Below are positions 16,108-24,834 of a stretch of 64,000 nt of DNA, in pieces. How positions within the stretch are numbered: the stretch's first letter is position 1; the number at the start of each line of letters is the position of its first letter. Origin of the DNA: Bacteroidota bacterium (GTDB lineage Bacteria; Bacteroidota; Bacteroidia; Bacteroidales; FEN-979). The notes below the pieces were generated by a model, which was not told the origin of the DNA, did not search any database, and worked only from the letters and a program-made list of their open reading frames with translations. The stretch covers positions 9,460 through 73,459 of the forward strand of contig JBAXOB010000015.1 of the NCBI GenBank assembly GCA_037133475.1. The letters are read 5' to 3'. The translations under genes and the position numbers were made by a program.

Positions 16108-16863
16108 CTACTTCAATAAAAAATCAAGGTTTTCACCTGCCTGGTATTCCTGCGGTTCAAATCCAAACCGGAAAACCCTTAACATCTTGTCGCCGACAAG
16201 GTTCATGGTATCGCCCTCTACCTGCAGCAGGCATCCTTCACGCAGGCCGACGACGGTTGCATCACGGTTGACGGTAAGAAACTCGGTGATACGCTGTTCA
16301 CGGGTCTCCCCTGCGTGACCGGCGGGGTTAAAATCCATATAATGGGGATTTATCTGAAAAGGGATAAGTTTAAGGCAGTTAAATGAAGGAGGCTCGCAAA
16401 TCGGCATATCGTTCGTGGTCTTCATGGTCGGGCATGCCACATTGGCCCCGGCGCTCCATCCGACAAAAGGGATACCCCTGAGCACCTTGCGGCGGATGGC
16501 CTCCATCATGCCATATTCCTGCATCATCAAGGCCAGGTGAAAGGTGTTCCCCCCGCCAATCACGATGGATTCAGCTTCATTGACCGCGATTACCGGGTTG
16601 GGTTCGCGATGGATGGAATGGAGGCTGAGCCCCATTTCCCTGAAAATCTTCTTCACCCGGTCTTCATACAGATCAAAGGATTTGTCAACCCCAGATGAGG
16701 TCAGGTTGACTCCGGCATACGGGATAAACAGGACTTTACGTACGCCATACCTGGCTAAAAAATCCCTGATATAGGTACGTGTCCAGGCAAGATAATCCTC
16801 CCCTGCATTGGTAGAATTACTGATCAGCAAAAGATTTCGGATCATAGTCGTGATTTGGGCCAT
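16108..16863 (-). CDS. pepE: dipeptidase E (peptidase S51)
   Basis: LLLISNSTNAGEDYLAW N-terminus, IVIGGGNTFHL nucleophile elbow, and GWSAGANV. An alternative start is M7 (16845). Confidence 0.8.
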   Translation of the reverse strand: MAQITTMIRNLLLISNSTNAGEDYLAWTRTYIRDFLARYGVRKVLFIPYAGVNLTSSGVDKSFDLYEDRVKKIFREMGLSLHSIHREPNPVIAVNEAESIVIGGGNTFHLALMMQEYGMMEAIRRKVLRGIPFVGWSAGANVACPTMKTTNDMPICEPPSFNCLKLIPFQINPHYMDFNPAGHAGETREQRITEFLTVNRDATVVGLREGCLLQVEGDTMNLVGDKMLRVFRFGFEPQEYQAGENLDFLLK

Positions 16864-16882
16864 AAAAGTAATAGAAAGTTCT

Positions 16883-16890
16883 TATTTTTG
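16883..16890 (+). promoter_or_regulatory. candidate -7 box (TATTTTTG) for the MFS-malQ-GH13 operon
   Basis: TAnnTTTG match 31 nt upstream of the ATG at 16922. Confidence 0.35.
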
Positions 16891-16921
16891 AACAATCAAT
16901 CTGATAAAATCGTACAAACTG

Positions 16922-18214
16922 ATGAAGGAAAAACCTAAGATGCATTTTTGGCAGGTCTGGAACATGAGTTTCGGATTTCTCGGCATCCAGTTTGGGTTCG
17001 CACTGCAAAACGGCAATGCCTCCCGTATCTTGTTAACTTTCGGAGCCGACGTGCATCACCTGAGTTGGTTCTGGCTGGTCGCCCCCATTACGGGCATGAT
17101 CATCCAGCCGATCATCGGCTACATGAGCGATAAAACCTGGTGCCGCCTTGGCCGGCGCCGTCCCTATTTCCTGGTTGGCGCCATCATGACCAGCATTGCA
17201 CTGGTGCTTATGCCAAACGCCCCCCACCTTGCATCATTTATTGCCCCCATGTTCATTGGCGGCGGACTGCTGATGATCATGGATGCCTCCATCAACATCT
17301 CCATGGAACCCTTCAGGGCTCTTGTCGCCGACAAACTGCCCGAAAGCCAGCACACCCTTGGATTTTCAGTTCAGACCTTGCTGATCGGCATCGGGGCTGT
17401 GGTTGGGTCATGGCTCCCCTATATCCTGGGCAACTGGATGGGAATTTCAAAAGACTCGGGACATGCCGGTCTTGTTCCCGACAATGTCACCTACTCTTTC
17501 TATTTTGGCGCCTTTGTCCTGCTTGCCACCATCCTTTGGACGGTCTTTTCCACAACGGAATATCCTCCGGAAATCCTTACCCAGGCTGAAAAGGAGGAAA
17601 AGGATTCTAAATTTTTCATCCCTCCGGTCATGGTCAAACTGTTGCTGGTACAGTTCTTCTCCTGGTTTGCCCTCTTTTCGATGTGGGTTTATACCACACC
17701 CGCGGTTGCACTGAAATATTACGGAACGACCGATGCGAATTCGGTGCCCTTCCAGGAGGCCGGAAACTGGGTCGGAATCCTGTTCGGCGTTTATAACGGC
17801 GTTTCCGCTGTCATCGCCCTGATGCTCCCGGTTGTCGCAAAGAGGCTCACCAAAAAGGTCACCCATGCCCTGGCCCTCAGCATCGGCGCCCTGTCGCTGT
17901 TATCATTCCTCATCTTCACCGATCCCCATTACCTGATCATCCCGATGATCGGCATCGGTATTGCCTGGGGCAGCATCCTGGCCATGCCCTATGCCATGCT
18001 CGCCAGTTCAATCCCCCCCAGGAAGATGGGAATGTATATGGGCCTTTTTAATATGTCGATCACCATCCCGCAAATTGTGAGCGGGATTCTCAGCGGATTC
18101 ATCCTGAAATATTTTTTTGCAGACAACCCCATCCTGTGTATTATCATGGCTGGCGCAAGTATGTTCCTCGGGGCCATCAGCGCGCTTTTTATCAGGGAGA
18201 AAGCTGTTCTGTAA
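16922..18214 (+). CDS. MFS sugar transporter, SLC45/GPH-like (putative maltose/maltodextrin importer)
   Basis: About 12 predicted TM segments. SDKTWCRLGRRRPYFLVGAI loop motif. It lies immediately upstream of malQ. Confidence 0.8.
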   Translation: MKEKPKMHFWQVWNMSFGFLGIQFGFALQNGNASRILLTFGADVHHLSWFWLVAPITGMIIQPIIGYMSDKTWCRLGRRRPYFLVGAIMTSIALVLMPNAPHLASFIAPMFIGGGLLMIMDASINISMEPFRALVADKLPESQHTLGFSVQTLLIGIGAVVGSWLPYILGNWMGISKDSGHAGLVPDNVTYSFYFGAFVLLATILWTVFSTTEYPPEILTQAEKEEKDSKFFIPPVMVKLLLVQFFSWFALFSMWVYTTPAVALKYYGTTDANSVPFQEAGNWVGILFGVYNGVSAVIALMLPVVAKRLTKKVTHALALSIGALSLLSFLIFTDPHYLIIPMIGIGIAWGSILAMPYAMLASSIPPRKMGMYMGLFNMSITIPQIVSGILSGFILKYFFADNPILCIIMAGASMFLGAISALFIREKAVL

Positions 18215-18254
18215 TCGTCAATGTTAACAATACAAATTTTAAATACGGAATCTC

Positions 18255-19760
18255 ATGCTTAAAGAAAGATCAAGCGGAATTTTATTGCATCCCACTTCAC
18301 TTCCGGGCAACTATGGAATCGGCACCCTGGGAAAGGCAGCCTACGAATTTATTGATTTCCTGGTCAGGGCCAAACAACAGTACTGGCAAATGCTGCCATT
18401 GGGTCCGACCGGATACGCCGATTCACCCTATCAGTGTTTTTCATCCCATGCCGGGAATCCAAACCTGATCGACCTTGATCTCCTGGTCAAGGCCCGGCTG
18501 CTGCAATCCGACGATCTTGAAGACCTTCCCCGTTTCTCCAACACCATGGTGGAATTTGAAAATATCCAGCAAAACAGGATGCCCCTGCTGAAGAAGGCCT
18601 TTCACTCATTTATGACCTACGCCGATCCTACCGAAAAACTAGCCTACCGGAATTTCCTGAAGGAACAGTCAAAGTGGATCAACGACTACTCCCTTTTCCG
18701 TGCCATCAAGGCAAACCGCAACCAGAAACCATGGTATCAGTGGGAAGAACCCCTGAAAAAACGCGATCCGGAAGCCATCAGCGCCATCCAGGCATTGCTG
18801 CACGAGGAGATCGACTTTCACAAATTCCAGCAATTCCTCTTTTTCAAACAATGGATTGCCGTCAAGGAATATGCATTCAACCACAAAATAAAAATCATCG
18901 GCGATATCCCCCTGTATGTTGCGCTCGACAGCGCCGATGCATGGGCAAACCCCGAAATATTCGAATTTGACGACCAGCTGAACCCCATCCGGGTTGGCGG
19001 TGTGCCTCCCGACTATTTCAGCGAGACCGGCCAGTTGTGGGGAAACCCGCTGTTCCGCTGGGATGTCCTGAAAGAACAGGGCTACCGTTGGTGGATCGAC
19101 CGGATCAAGACGAACCTTTTCCTCTACGACATTATCAGGATCGACCATTTCCGCGGTTTTGCCGCCTACTGGGCTGTTCCCTACGGCGAAAAAACCGCGA
19201 TCCATGGCGAATGGATCACTTGTCCCGGCAAAGAGTTCTTTGATGCACTCCGGGATGAATTCGGCGATCTGCCGATCATCGCGGAGGACCTCGGCGTCAT
19301 CACCCCCGACGTGGAGGAGCTGCGTGACGGGTTCGGGCTTCCCGGGATGAAGATCCTGCAGTTTGCCTTCGACTCATCTGAGGGAAACGATTATATCCCT
19401 CACAACTATACCAAGAATTGTATCGTTTATACCGGTACCCACGACAACGACACCGTGGTGGGCTGGTTTGAGAATGCCTCCCCTGAAGACAGGGCCTATG
19501 TGCTGGATTACCTCAATACCAGCGACCATGAGATCCACTGGTCGTTTATCCGCCTGGCCTGGTCGTCGGTAGCCAACACCGCCATTTTACCCATGCAGGA
19601 CCTGCTGGGCCTGCGGACAGATGCCCGCATGAACCTCCCGGGCACCACCCAGAACAACTGGCAATGGCGCGTGAAATCAGATGTTTTCACGCCTGAACTG
19701 GCCGGTAAACTTGCCCATTTGACGGCGCTTTACGGACGAGTAAAAAAACACAAAAACTGA
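18255..19760 (+). CDS. malQ: 4-alpha-glucanotransferase (amylomaltase, GH77)
   Basis: RSSGILLHPTSLPGNYGIGTLG, YWQMLPLGPTGYADSPY, GQLWGNPLFRW, IRIDHFRGF, IIAEDLGVI, YTGTHDNDT. Confidence 0.95.
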   Translation: MLKERSSGILLHPTSLPGNYGIGTLGKAAYEFIDFLVRAKQQYWQMLPLGPTGYADSPYQCFSSHAGNPNLIDLDLLVKARLLQSDDLEDLPRFSNTMVEFENIQQNRMPLLKKAFHSFMTYADPTEKLAYRNFLKEQSKWINDYSLFRAIKANRNQKPWYQWEEPLKKRDPEAISAIQALLHEEIDFHKFQQFLFFKQWIAVKEYAFNHKIKIIGDIPLYVALDSADAWANPEIFEFDDQLNPIRVGGVPPDYFSETGQLWGNPLFRWDVLKEQGYRWWIDRIKTNLFLYDIIRIDHFRGFAAYWAVPYGEKTAIHGEWITCPGKEFFDALRDEFGDLPIIAEDLGVITPDVEELRDGFGLPGMKILQFAFDSSEGNDYIPHNYTKNCIVYTGTHDNDTVVGWFENASPEDRAYVLDYLNTSDHEIHWSFIRLAWSSVANTAILPMQDLLGLRTDARMNLPGTTQNNWQWRVKSDVFTPELAGKLAHLTALYGRVKKHKN

Positions 19761-21604
19761 TGCTGAAACGTCTTTCGTTGCTATTCCTCTTCCTTCCTGT
19801 TTACCTGTTTGCCCAGGAGGTTTCCCTCACCAGGGTGGAACCTCCCTTCTGGTGGACCGGTTTTAAAAAAGCCGACCTGCAACTGATGGTTTACGGAAAA
19901 AATATTTCCCTGGCCAGGATTTCGGTCGATTATCCCGGGTTTACGGTAAAGAAGATAAATAAAGTCACGAATCCCGATTACCTCTTCCTGGATATGACCA
20001 TCAGCCCTGCCGCGCGGCCCGGCATTGCCACCTTTGTTTTCAGGGAAAAGGAAAAGGTCGTCGGAAAATACCTTTATGAACTGAAGGAGAGGAAAAAAAA
20101 TGCAGGGAAAAAGGGATTTTCCTCCGCCGATGTGATCTACCTGGTGATGCCCGACCGCTTCGCCAACGGGGATGTGACCAACGATAACGCGGCAGGGCTT
20201 GTTGAGCCTGTCAACCGCGACAATCCCGACGGGCGGCACGGCGGCGACATCAAAGGCATTGCCGACCACCTGGACTATATCAGGGAGCTTGGCATGACCA
20301 CCGTGTGGATCACACCGCTGTTTGAAAACAACCAGCCAAAGTATTCCTACCACGGCTATTCGATCACCGACTACTACAAAATCGATCCGCGCTTCGGCAC
20401 CAACGAGGATTATGTGAAGCTTGCCGGGGCGGTTCATCAAAACGGGATGAAGCTCGTCATGGATATGGTGTTTAACCATTGCGGCAGCGAACACTGGTGG
20501 ATGAAGGATCTCCCCTCGCCCGACTGGGTCAACCAGTGGCCCGAATTCACCAGGACCAACTACAGGGCAGGCACTTCGACCGATCCCTATGTTTCCGCTT
20601 CAGACAGCAACCTGTTTGTCCGCGGCTGGTTTGACAACACCATGCCCGACCTCAACCAGCGAAACCCATTTCTCAGGAACTACCTGATCCAGAACAGCAT
20701 CTGGTGGATCGAATATGCCGGGCTGGATGGTATCAGGATGGACACCTATCCCTATTCGTTCAGGGATATGACCGCTGAATGGGGGAAACGTATCGCCGAA
20801 GAGTATCCCTGGTTCAACATGGTAGGTGAGTGCTGGATGGGCTTTCCCGCCTCCGTCGCCTACTGGCAAAAGGATGCCCTCAATAAGGATCATTTCAACT
20901 CCTGGCTGCCGTCGGTATTTGATTTCCCTATGTTCGACGCACTGAGCAAGGCCTTCAACGAGGATGAATCGTGGAATACCGGCATTCTCCGGCTGTATGA
21001 TGTTTTGTCGCAGGACTTCTCCTATCCCAACCCCTCCAATCTCGTTGTATTTGCCGACAACCACGATGTGAACAGGTACCTTGACACACAGAAAAACGAT
21101 ATCAGGAAGTTGAAAATGGCCATGGCCTTCATCCTCACTACCCGGGGCATTCCCGAGATTTATTATGGAACTGAAATCCTCTCCACCTCCGGCGATTACA
21201 AGGGCGATGGCACCAAACGCAGGGATTTCCCCGGAGGATGGCCCGGCGATCCCCGCAATGCTTTCACCGCCCAGGGACGCAGTGTCGGGGAAAACGACAT
21301 GTACAACTTCCTGCACACCCTTCTGCAATGGCGAAAAACAAAGGAGGTGATCCATACAGGCAGGTTCTGCCATTTTATCCCGCAGGATGGCATATACACC
21401 TACTTCAGGTACAATGCCAAAGAGACCCTGATGGTGATCATGAATAACAAGGAGGAGGCGAAGACCATCACCACCAAACGCTATGATGAGTTCCTGAAAA
21501 AGCACCATTCAGGAACCGAGATCATCACAGGCACTTCCATTAAAGACCTGTCACAGCTGACGGTCCCGGGCAAGGGGGTCATGATTATTGAATTAAAACC
21601 GTAA
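19760..21604 (+). CDS. GH13 cyclomaltodextrinase/neopullulanase-type alpha-amylase (SusA-like), signal peptide
   Basis: Cyclomaltodextrinase-N-like VEPPFWWTGFKKADLQLMVYG. GH13 regions: GGDIKGIADHLDYIRELGMTTVWITP, VMDMVFNHCG, GLDGIRMDTYPY, GECW, FADNHD. Its ATG overlaps the malQ stop (TGATG). Confidence 0.9.
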   Translation: MLKRLSLLFLFLPVYLFAQEVSLTRVEPPFWWTGFKKADLQLMVYGKNISLARISVDYPGFTVKKINKVTNPDYLFLDMTISPAARPGIATFVFREKEKVVGKYLYELKERKKNAGKKGFSSADVIYLVMPDRFANGDVTNDNAAGLVEPVNRDNPDGRHGGDIKGIADHLDYIRELGMTTVWITPLFENNQPKYSYHGYSITDYYKIDPRFGTNEDYVKLAGAVHQNGMKLVMDMVFNHCGSEHWWMKDLPSPDWVNQWPEFTRTNYRAGTSTDPYVSASDSNLFVRGWFDNTMPDLNQRNPFLRNYLIQNSIWWIEYAGLDGIRMDTYPYSFRDMTAEWGKRIAEEYPWFNMVGECWMGFPASVAYWQKDALNKDHFNSWLPSVFDFPMFDALSKAFNEDESWNTGILRLYDVLSQDFSYPNPSNLVVFADNHDVNRYLDTQKNDIRKLKMAMAFILTTRGIPEIYYGTEILSTSGDYKGDGTKRRDFPGGWPGDPRNAFTAQGRSVGENDMYNFLHTLLQWRKTKEVIHTGRFCHFIPQDGIYTYFRYNAKETLMVIMNNKEEAKTITTKRYDEFLKKHHSGTEIITGTSIKDLSQLTVPGKGVMIIELKP

Positions 21605-21631
21605 AACCATTAAAGGCCGTTGTATATTTCA

Positions 21632-21765
21632 GAAACCGAATCAATGTTTAACCGCAATGACACAAAGAAGGCACCACGTACAAAAAGAATTCATCGTGTA
21701 CATTGTGTAAATCATTGTGATCATTGTGGTTAAAATAAATGCCTTGATTTTGGGAACCTGTTTCC
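21632..21765. repeat. intergenic repeat element, copy 1 (about 135 bp, TTAACCRCAATGA...TCATTGTGGTTAA arms, CATTGTG triplet)
   Basis: Aligns by eye along its full length with 24651..24786, with most positions identical. It contains 13-bp inverted arms at 21648-21660 and 21721-21733, and three direct CATTGTG motifs. Confidence 0.85.
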
Positions 21766-21839
21766 CCTTAAAACGAAAAAATATTTAGCTTACACCAATT
21801 GGTGCCTGCAATAAATCAGAAATCCAAATCCGGAATATC

Positions 21840-23132
21840 ATGTTAAAGATCCAGAAAAATCTCTCCAACCTGTTCTATGTTATCCTGGGCCTGCCCAGTA
21901 CGGCGATGGGCTTTGCCTTATCGATCCAGATTGCCGTTTTAAGCTGGATACTCCGGACAAAATACAATCTCGAGATAGACCAGATCGGCATTGTCTGGGC
22001 TGCCGGCCCAATTGCAGGCATCCTGGGACAGCCCATCATCGGGCTGATCAGCGACAAGGCCTGGTTCTGGGGAGGCCGGAGAAAGCCTTTCATCATTATC
22101 GGTGGAATCCTGGCAGCCCTGATGATCTTTGCCCTGCCCAACATCGACAAGATCAGCAGCTTCTTCGGGATTGCCAGCGTGATGGCCGTTGCCATTACCG
22201 TTGCCCTTACCCTCGATCTTTCCATCAACATCAGTTTCAACCCTACCCGGTCGATCATCGCCGATGTAACACCCGACGGCCAGCCGCGCACCAAGGGTTA
22301 CACCTGGATGCAATCCATCTCAAACCTTTTCGGCAGCGGCGCCTACCTGATGGGAGCGCTGATCGGCAATTACTTCCTGATCTATGCCGGGGTGATCATC
22401 GTGCTGATCTTTTCCATCGGCCCCCTGTTGTTTATCCAGGAGCCGCGCGAACTTGCCGCCAGTGAGCCGGAACCGGGAGATCATACCCTGAAAAACAATA
22501 CAGGGGAGATGGTTGCTGCAGCCCCTGCCACCCAGTGGGTTGAACTTTTCAAACTTTATTTTGCCCATGGTTTCTCCTGGCTGGGGATCCAGACCATGTT
22601 CGTTTATATGTTCGCCTTCCTGGAACAGAAACTTCCTGCCCTGCCCGGCATGGATACGGGCGACCGGAACGCACGCCTCGGGCAGATGATCGGCTGGTCG
22701 TTTTTCATCCTGAATGCTGTCGGCGCCATCTGGCCCGCATTCCTGCTCGAACCCATGAGCAAAAAACTGGGTCGCGTGAGAACCCACGCCCTGATGGTGG
22801 CGACCATGGCCCTGGGCTATTTCGGGATTGTCTGGTTTGCCTCCAGCGCCATCATGCTCTATTCGATGATGTGCATCCTTACCCTTGGCTGGGCCGCCGT
22901 GGTCAGCCTGCCCTTTGCCATCATGTCGGAAAAGGTGGACAAACAACGGATGGGCTTTTTCATGGGGATATTCAACCTCTCGGTAGTGTTGCCGCAGCTG
23001 ATCGCCAGCTCTGTGGTCGGCTCCGTCATCAAACATGCCGCCGACAAAGGGATTATATTCATCATCAGCGGATCGTCGCTTGCCATCTCGGCCGCCCTCT
23101 GGTTATTTGTCTCAGAAAAAAAGAAAGTATGA
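21840..23132 (+). CDS. MFS sugar transporter, SLC45/GPH-like (paralog of 16922..18214)
   Basis: Same architecture and loop motif (SDKAWFWGGRRKPFIIIGGI) as the first transporter, with about 12 TM segments. Confidence 0.8.
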   Translation: MLKIQKNLSNLFYVILGLPSTAMGFALSIQIAVLSWILRTKYNLEIDQIGIVWAAGPIAGILGQPIIGLISDKAWFWGGRRKPFIIIGGILAALMIFALPNIDKISSFFGIASVMAVAITVALTLDLSINISFNPTRSIIADVTPDGQPRTKGYTWMQSISNLFGSGAYLMGALIGNYFLIYAGVIIVLIFSIGPLLFIQEPRELAASEPEPGDHTLKNNTGEMVAAAPATQWVELFKLYFAHGFSWLGIQTMFVYMFAFLEQKLPALPGMDTGDRNARLGQMIGWSFFILNAVGAIWPAFLLEPMSKKLGRVRTHALMVATMALGYFGIVWFASSAIMLYSMMCILTLGWAAVVSLPFAIMSEKVDKQRMGFFMGIFNLSVVLPQLIASSVVGSVIKHAADKGIIFIISGSSLAISAALWLFVSEKKKV

Positions 23133-24580
23133 CCCATTCCAAAACAACTAATGCCGGGATTCTGCTTGGGTTCCTTGTCTTTGCTGCCTTTTTTCAGGTA
23201 AACGGTCAATCCTTTGATGCCTTTATCGCCAGGATGAATTCCCTCCCGCAGGCCAGCCGTCAGGCCGTGGCCGATAGCTTTATGAATTCGGGGCACGCAT
23301 TGCCTTATATTGAACAGGACAGCGTTGTCCATTTTGTCTATAATGTTCATGCTACCTCCGTTGCCCTTGCAGGGGATGCAACAGGATGGAATCCCGACCA
23401 GCCATTTACCGCCATCAGCGGCTGTAATTTCAGCTACCTGACCAAAACATACGAACCTGATGCCCGGCTCGACTACAAGCTGGTTACCGATGGCTCCAAC
23501 TGGATTCTCGATCCGAAAAACCCCTACACCTGTGCAGGAGGCTTCGGCCCCAATTCCGAATTAAGGATGCCCGCCTACGTGGTTCCGCCCGAAACCAGGT
23601 ACTATAATGCCATTCCCCACGGGGTCGTGAGGGACACCACTTTTACCAGCGCAGGACTGGGAAACAGCAGGCAGGTAAGCATCTATCTGCCTGACGGATA
23701 TCCGTCGGGCAGGGAACAATACCCCGTCATCCTGTTCCACGACGGGACAGACTACATCAACCTGGGAAACATCGGCAACATTCTTGATTACCTGATTGCC
23801 GAACGCCAGATGAGCCCTGTGATTGCCGTTTTCGTGCCCCCAGTTGACCGCACGGCCGAATATGCCGGTGCAAAGATCGATCTCTTCACCGCATTCATTG
23901 TCAACGAGCTGATGCCTGTTATCGATGCGAAGTACAAAACGAGCCGCGACCCCTCCCAGCGGGCGATGGCAGGCGCTTCCGACGGCGGGAACATCTCGCT
24001 CTATATCGGGATGAAACACCCGGAGATGTTCGGAAAAATCGCCGCACAGTCAAGCGATGTGCAAACGGTCATCAGCAACACCTTTGCCAACGGGCCAAAG
24101 CTGAACCTCGATCTCTATATCGACATCGGCACTTACGACATCGCTGTACTGATCCCGATGGTACACAACCTGCACGATATCCTGGTATCAAAAGCCTATC
24201 CCTGCATGTTCAGAGAATGGCACGAAGGACACAGCTGGGGCAACTGGAAGGGGCACCTCCGGCTGCCGCTGCTCAGGTTTTTTCCCTATACCACAGGTAT
24301 GAATGAAGCGTTGCCGCAGGATGGTTTCAGGCTGGGCCCCGTCACGCCGGATCCCTTTTATGGAAATACCAGTATCCCCTTTTCAGCTCCTTCCGGTTCA
24401 GTTATCACGATATCCCTGGCTGACTTGTCGGGAAAAACAGTGGAAACCCTTTTTTCAGGAGTGGTTTTGGGCAGCGACAAGGTAATTGAATATCACCATC
24501 ACCAGGCAGCTGGGGTTTATGTTCTGACGATGAGAGATGGGGGAAGGGTTATGAAGAGTTTATTGATAAGGGCGTTATAG
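23129..24580 (+). CDS. secreted esterase (enterochelin-esterase-like alpha/beta hydrolase) with N-terminal CBM48/E-set-like domain and T9SS C-terminal sorting domain
   Basis: The start was moved to the ATG at 23129 (MTHSKTTNAGILLGFLVFAAFFQVNG signal), which overlaps the MFS stop (ATGA). E-set block: VALAGDATGWNPDQPF...YKLVTDGSNWILDPKNP. Esterase block: VSIYLPDGYP...PVILFHDG...GASDGG nucleophile elbow...HPEMFG. C-terminal PDPFYGNTSIPFSAPSGSVITISLADLSGKTVETLF...GVYVLTM is T9SS CTD-like. Confidence 0.75.
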   Translation: MTHSKTTNAGILLGFLVFAAFFQVNGQSFDAFIARMNSLPQASRQAVADSFMNSGHALPYIEQDSVVHFVYNVHATSVALAGDATGWNPDQPFTAISGCNFSYLTKTYEPDARLDYKLVTDGSNWILDPKNPYTCAGGFGPNSELRMPAYVVPPETRYYNAIPHGVVRDTTFTSAGLGNSRQVSIYLPDGYPSGREQYPVILFHDGTDYINLGNIGNILDYLIAERQMSPVIAVFVPPVDRTAEYAGAKIDLFTAFIVNELMPVIDAKYKTSRDPSQRAMAGASDGGNISLYIGMKHPEMFGKIAAQSSDVQTVISNTFANGPKLNLDLYIDIGTYDIAVLIPMVHNLHDILVSKAYPCMFREWHEGHSWGNWKGHLRLPLLRFFPYTTGMNEALPQDGFRLGPVTPDPFYGNTSIPFSAPSGSVITISLADLSGKTVETLFSGVVLGSDKVIEYHHHQAAGVYVLTMRDGGRVMKSLLIRAL

Positions 24581-24650
24581 AGTGGGTCTTTTTAACCACA
24601 ATAGGCACATAGGGCACAAAAGAGGGAAAATTACCAGACTGATTACATTT

Positions 24651-24786
24651 GAAAACCGAATTAATGGTTAACCACAATGACACAAAGAAGGCACAATGCA
24701 CACAAAGAATTCCATTGAGAACATTACGTAAATCATTGTGAACATTGTGGTTAAAACAAATGCGTTGATTCTGCGAACAGGTTTCG
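24651..24786. repeat. intergenic repeat element, copy 2
   Basis: gaaaaccgaattaatggttaaccacaatgacacaaagaaggcac...aaatcattgtgaacattgtggttaaaacaaatgcgttgatt... An extra TTAACCACA lies at 24592-24600. Confidence 0.85.
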
Positions 24787-24834
24787 TATTATAAATACAG
24801 CAGTAGGAATACATTAAGATTTAAATAAACAACC

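Noticed and set aside
19781-23036. Antisense ORFs of 237-302 aa opposite the GH13 and MFS genes (19781..20494, 20600..21508, 22320..23036). Similar ones lie at 27254..27934, 38098..38712 and 48222..49079.
   Set aside because: The reasons are the same: mirror frames of well-supported genes, low-complexity composition, and no signal or motif of their own.
22871-23128. N-terminal extensions of track ORFs. The esterase extension is 22871-23128. Others are at 36967-37050, 51412-51525, 53701-53868, 27200-27229, 30434-30460, 42602-42712 and 44247-44339.
   Set aside because: The extensions overlap upstream genes or use GTG/TTG starts. Internal ATGs are followed by proper signal peptides or lipoboxes, or are preceded by -7 boxes, so I used the shorter models.
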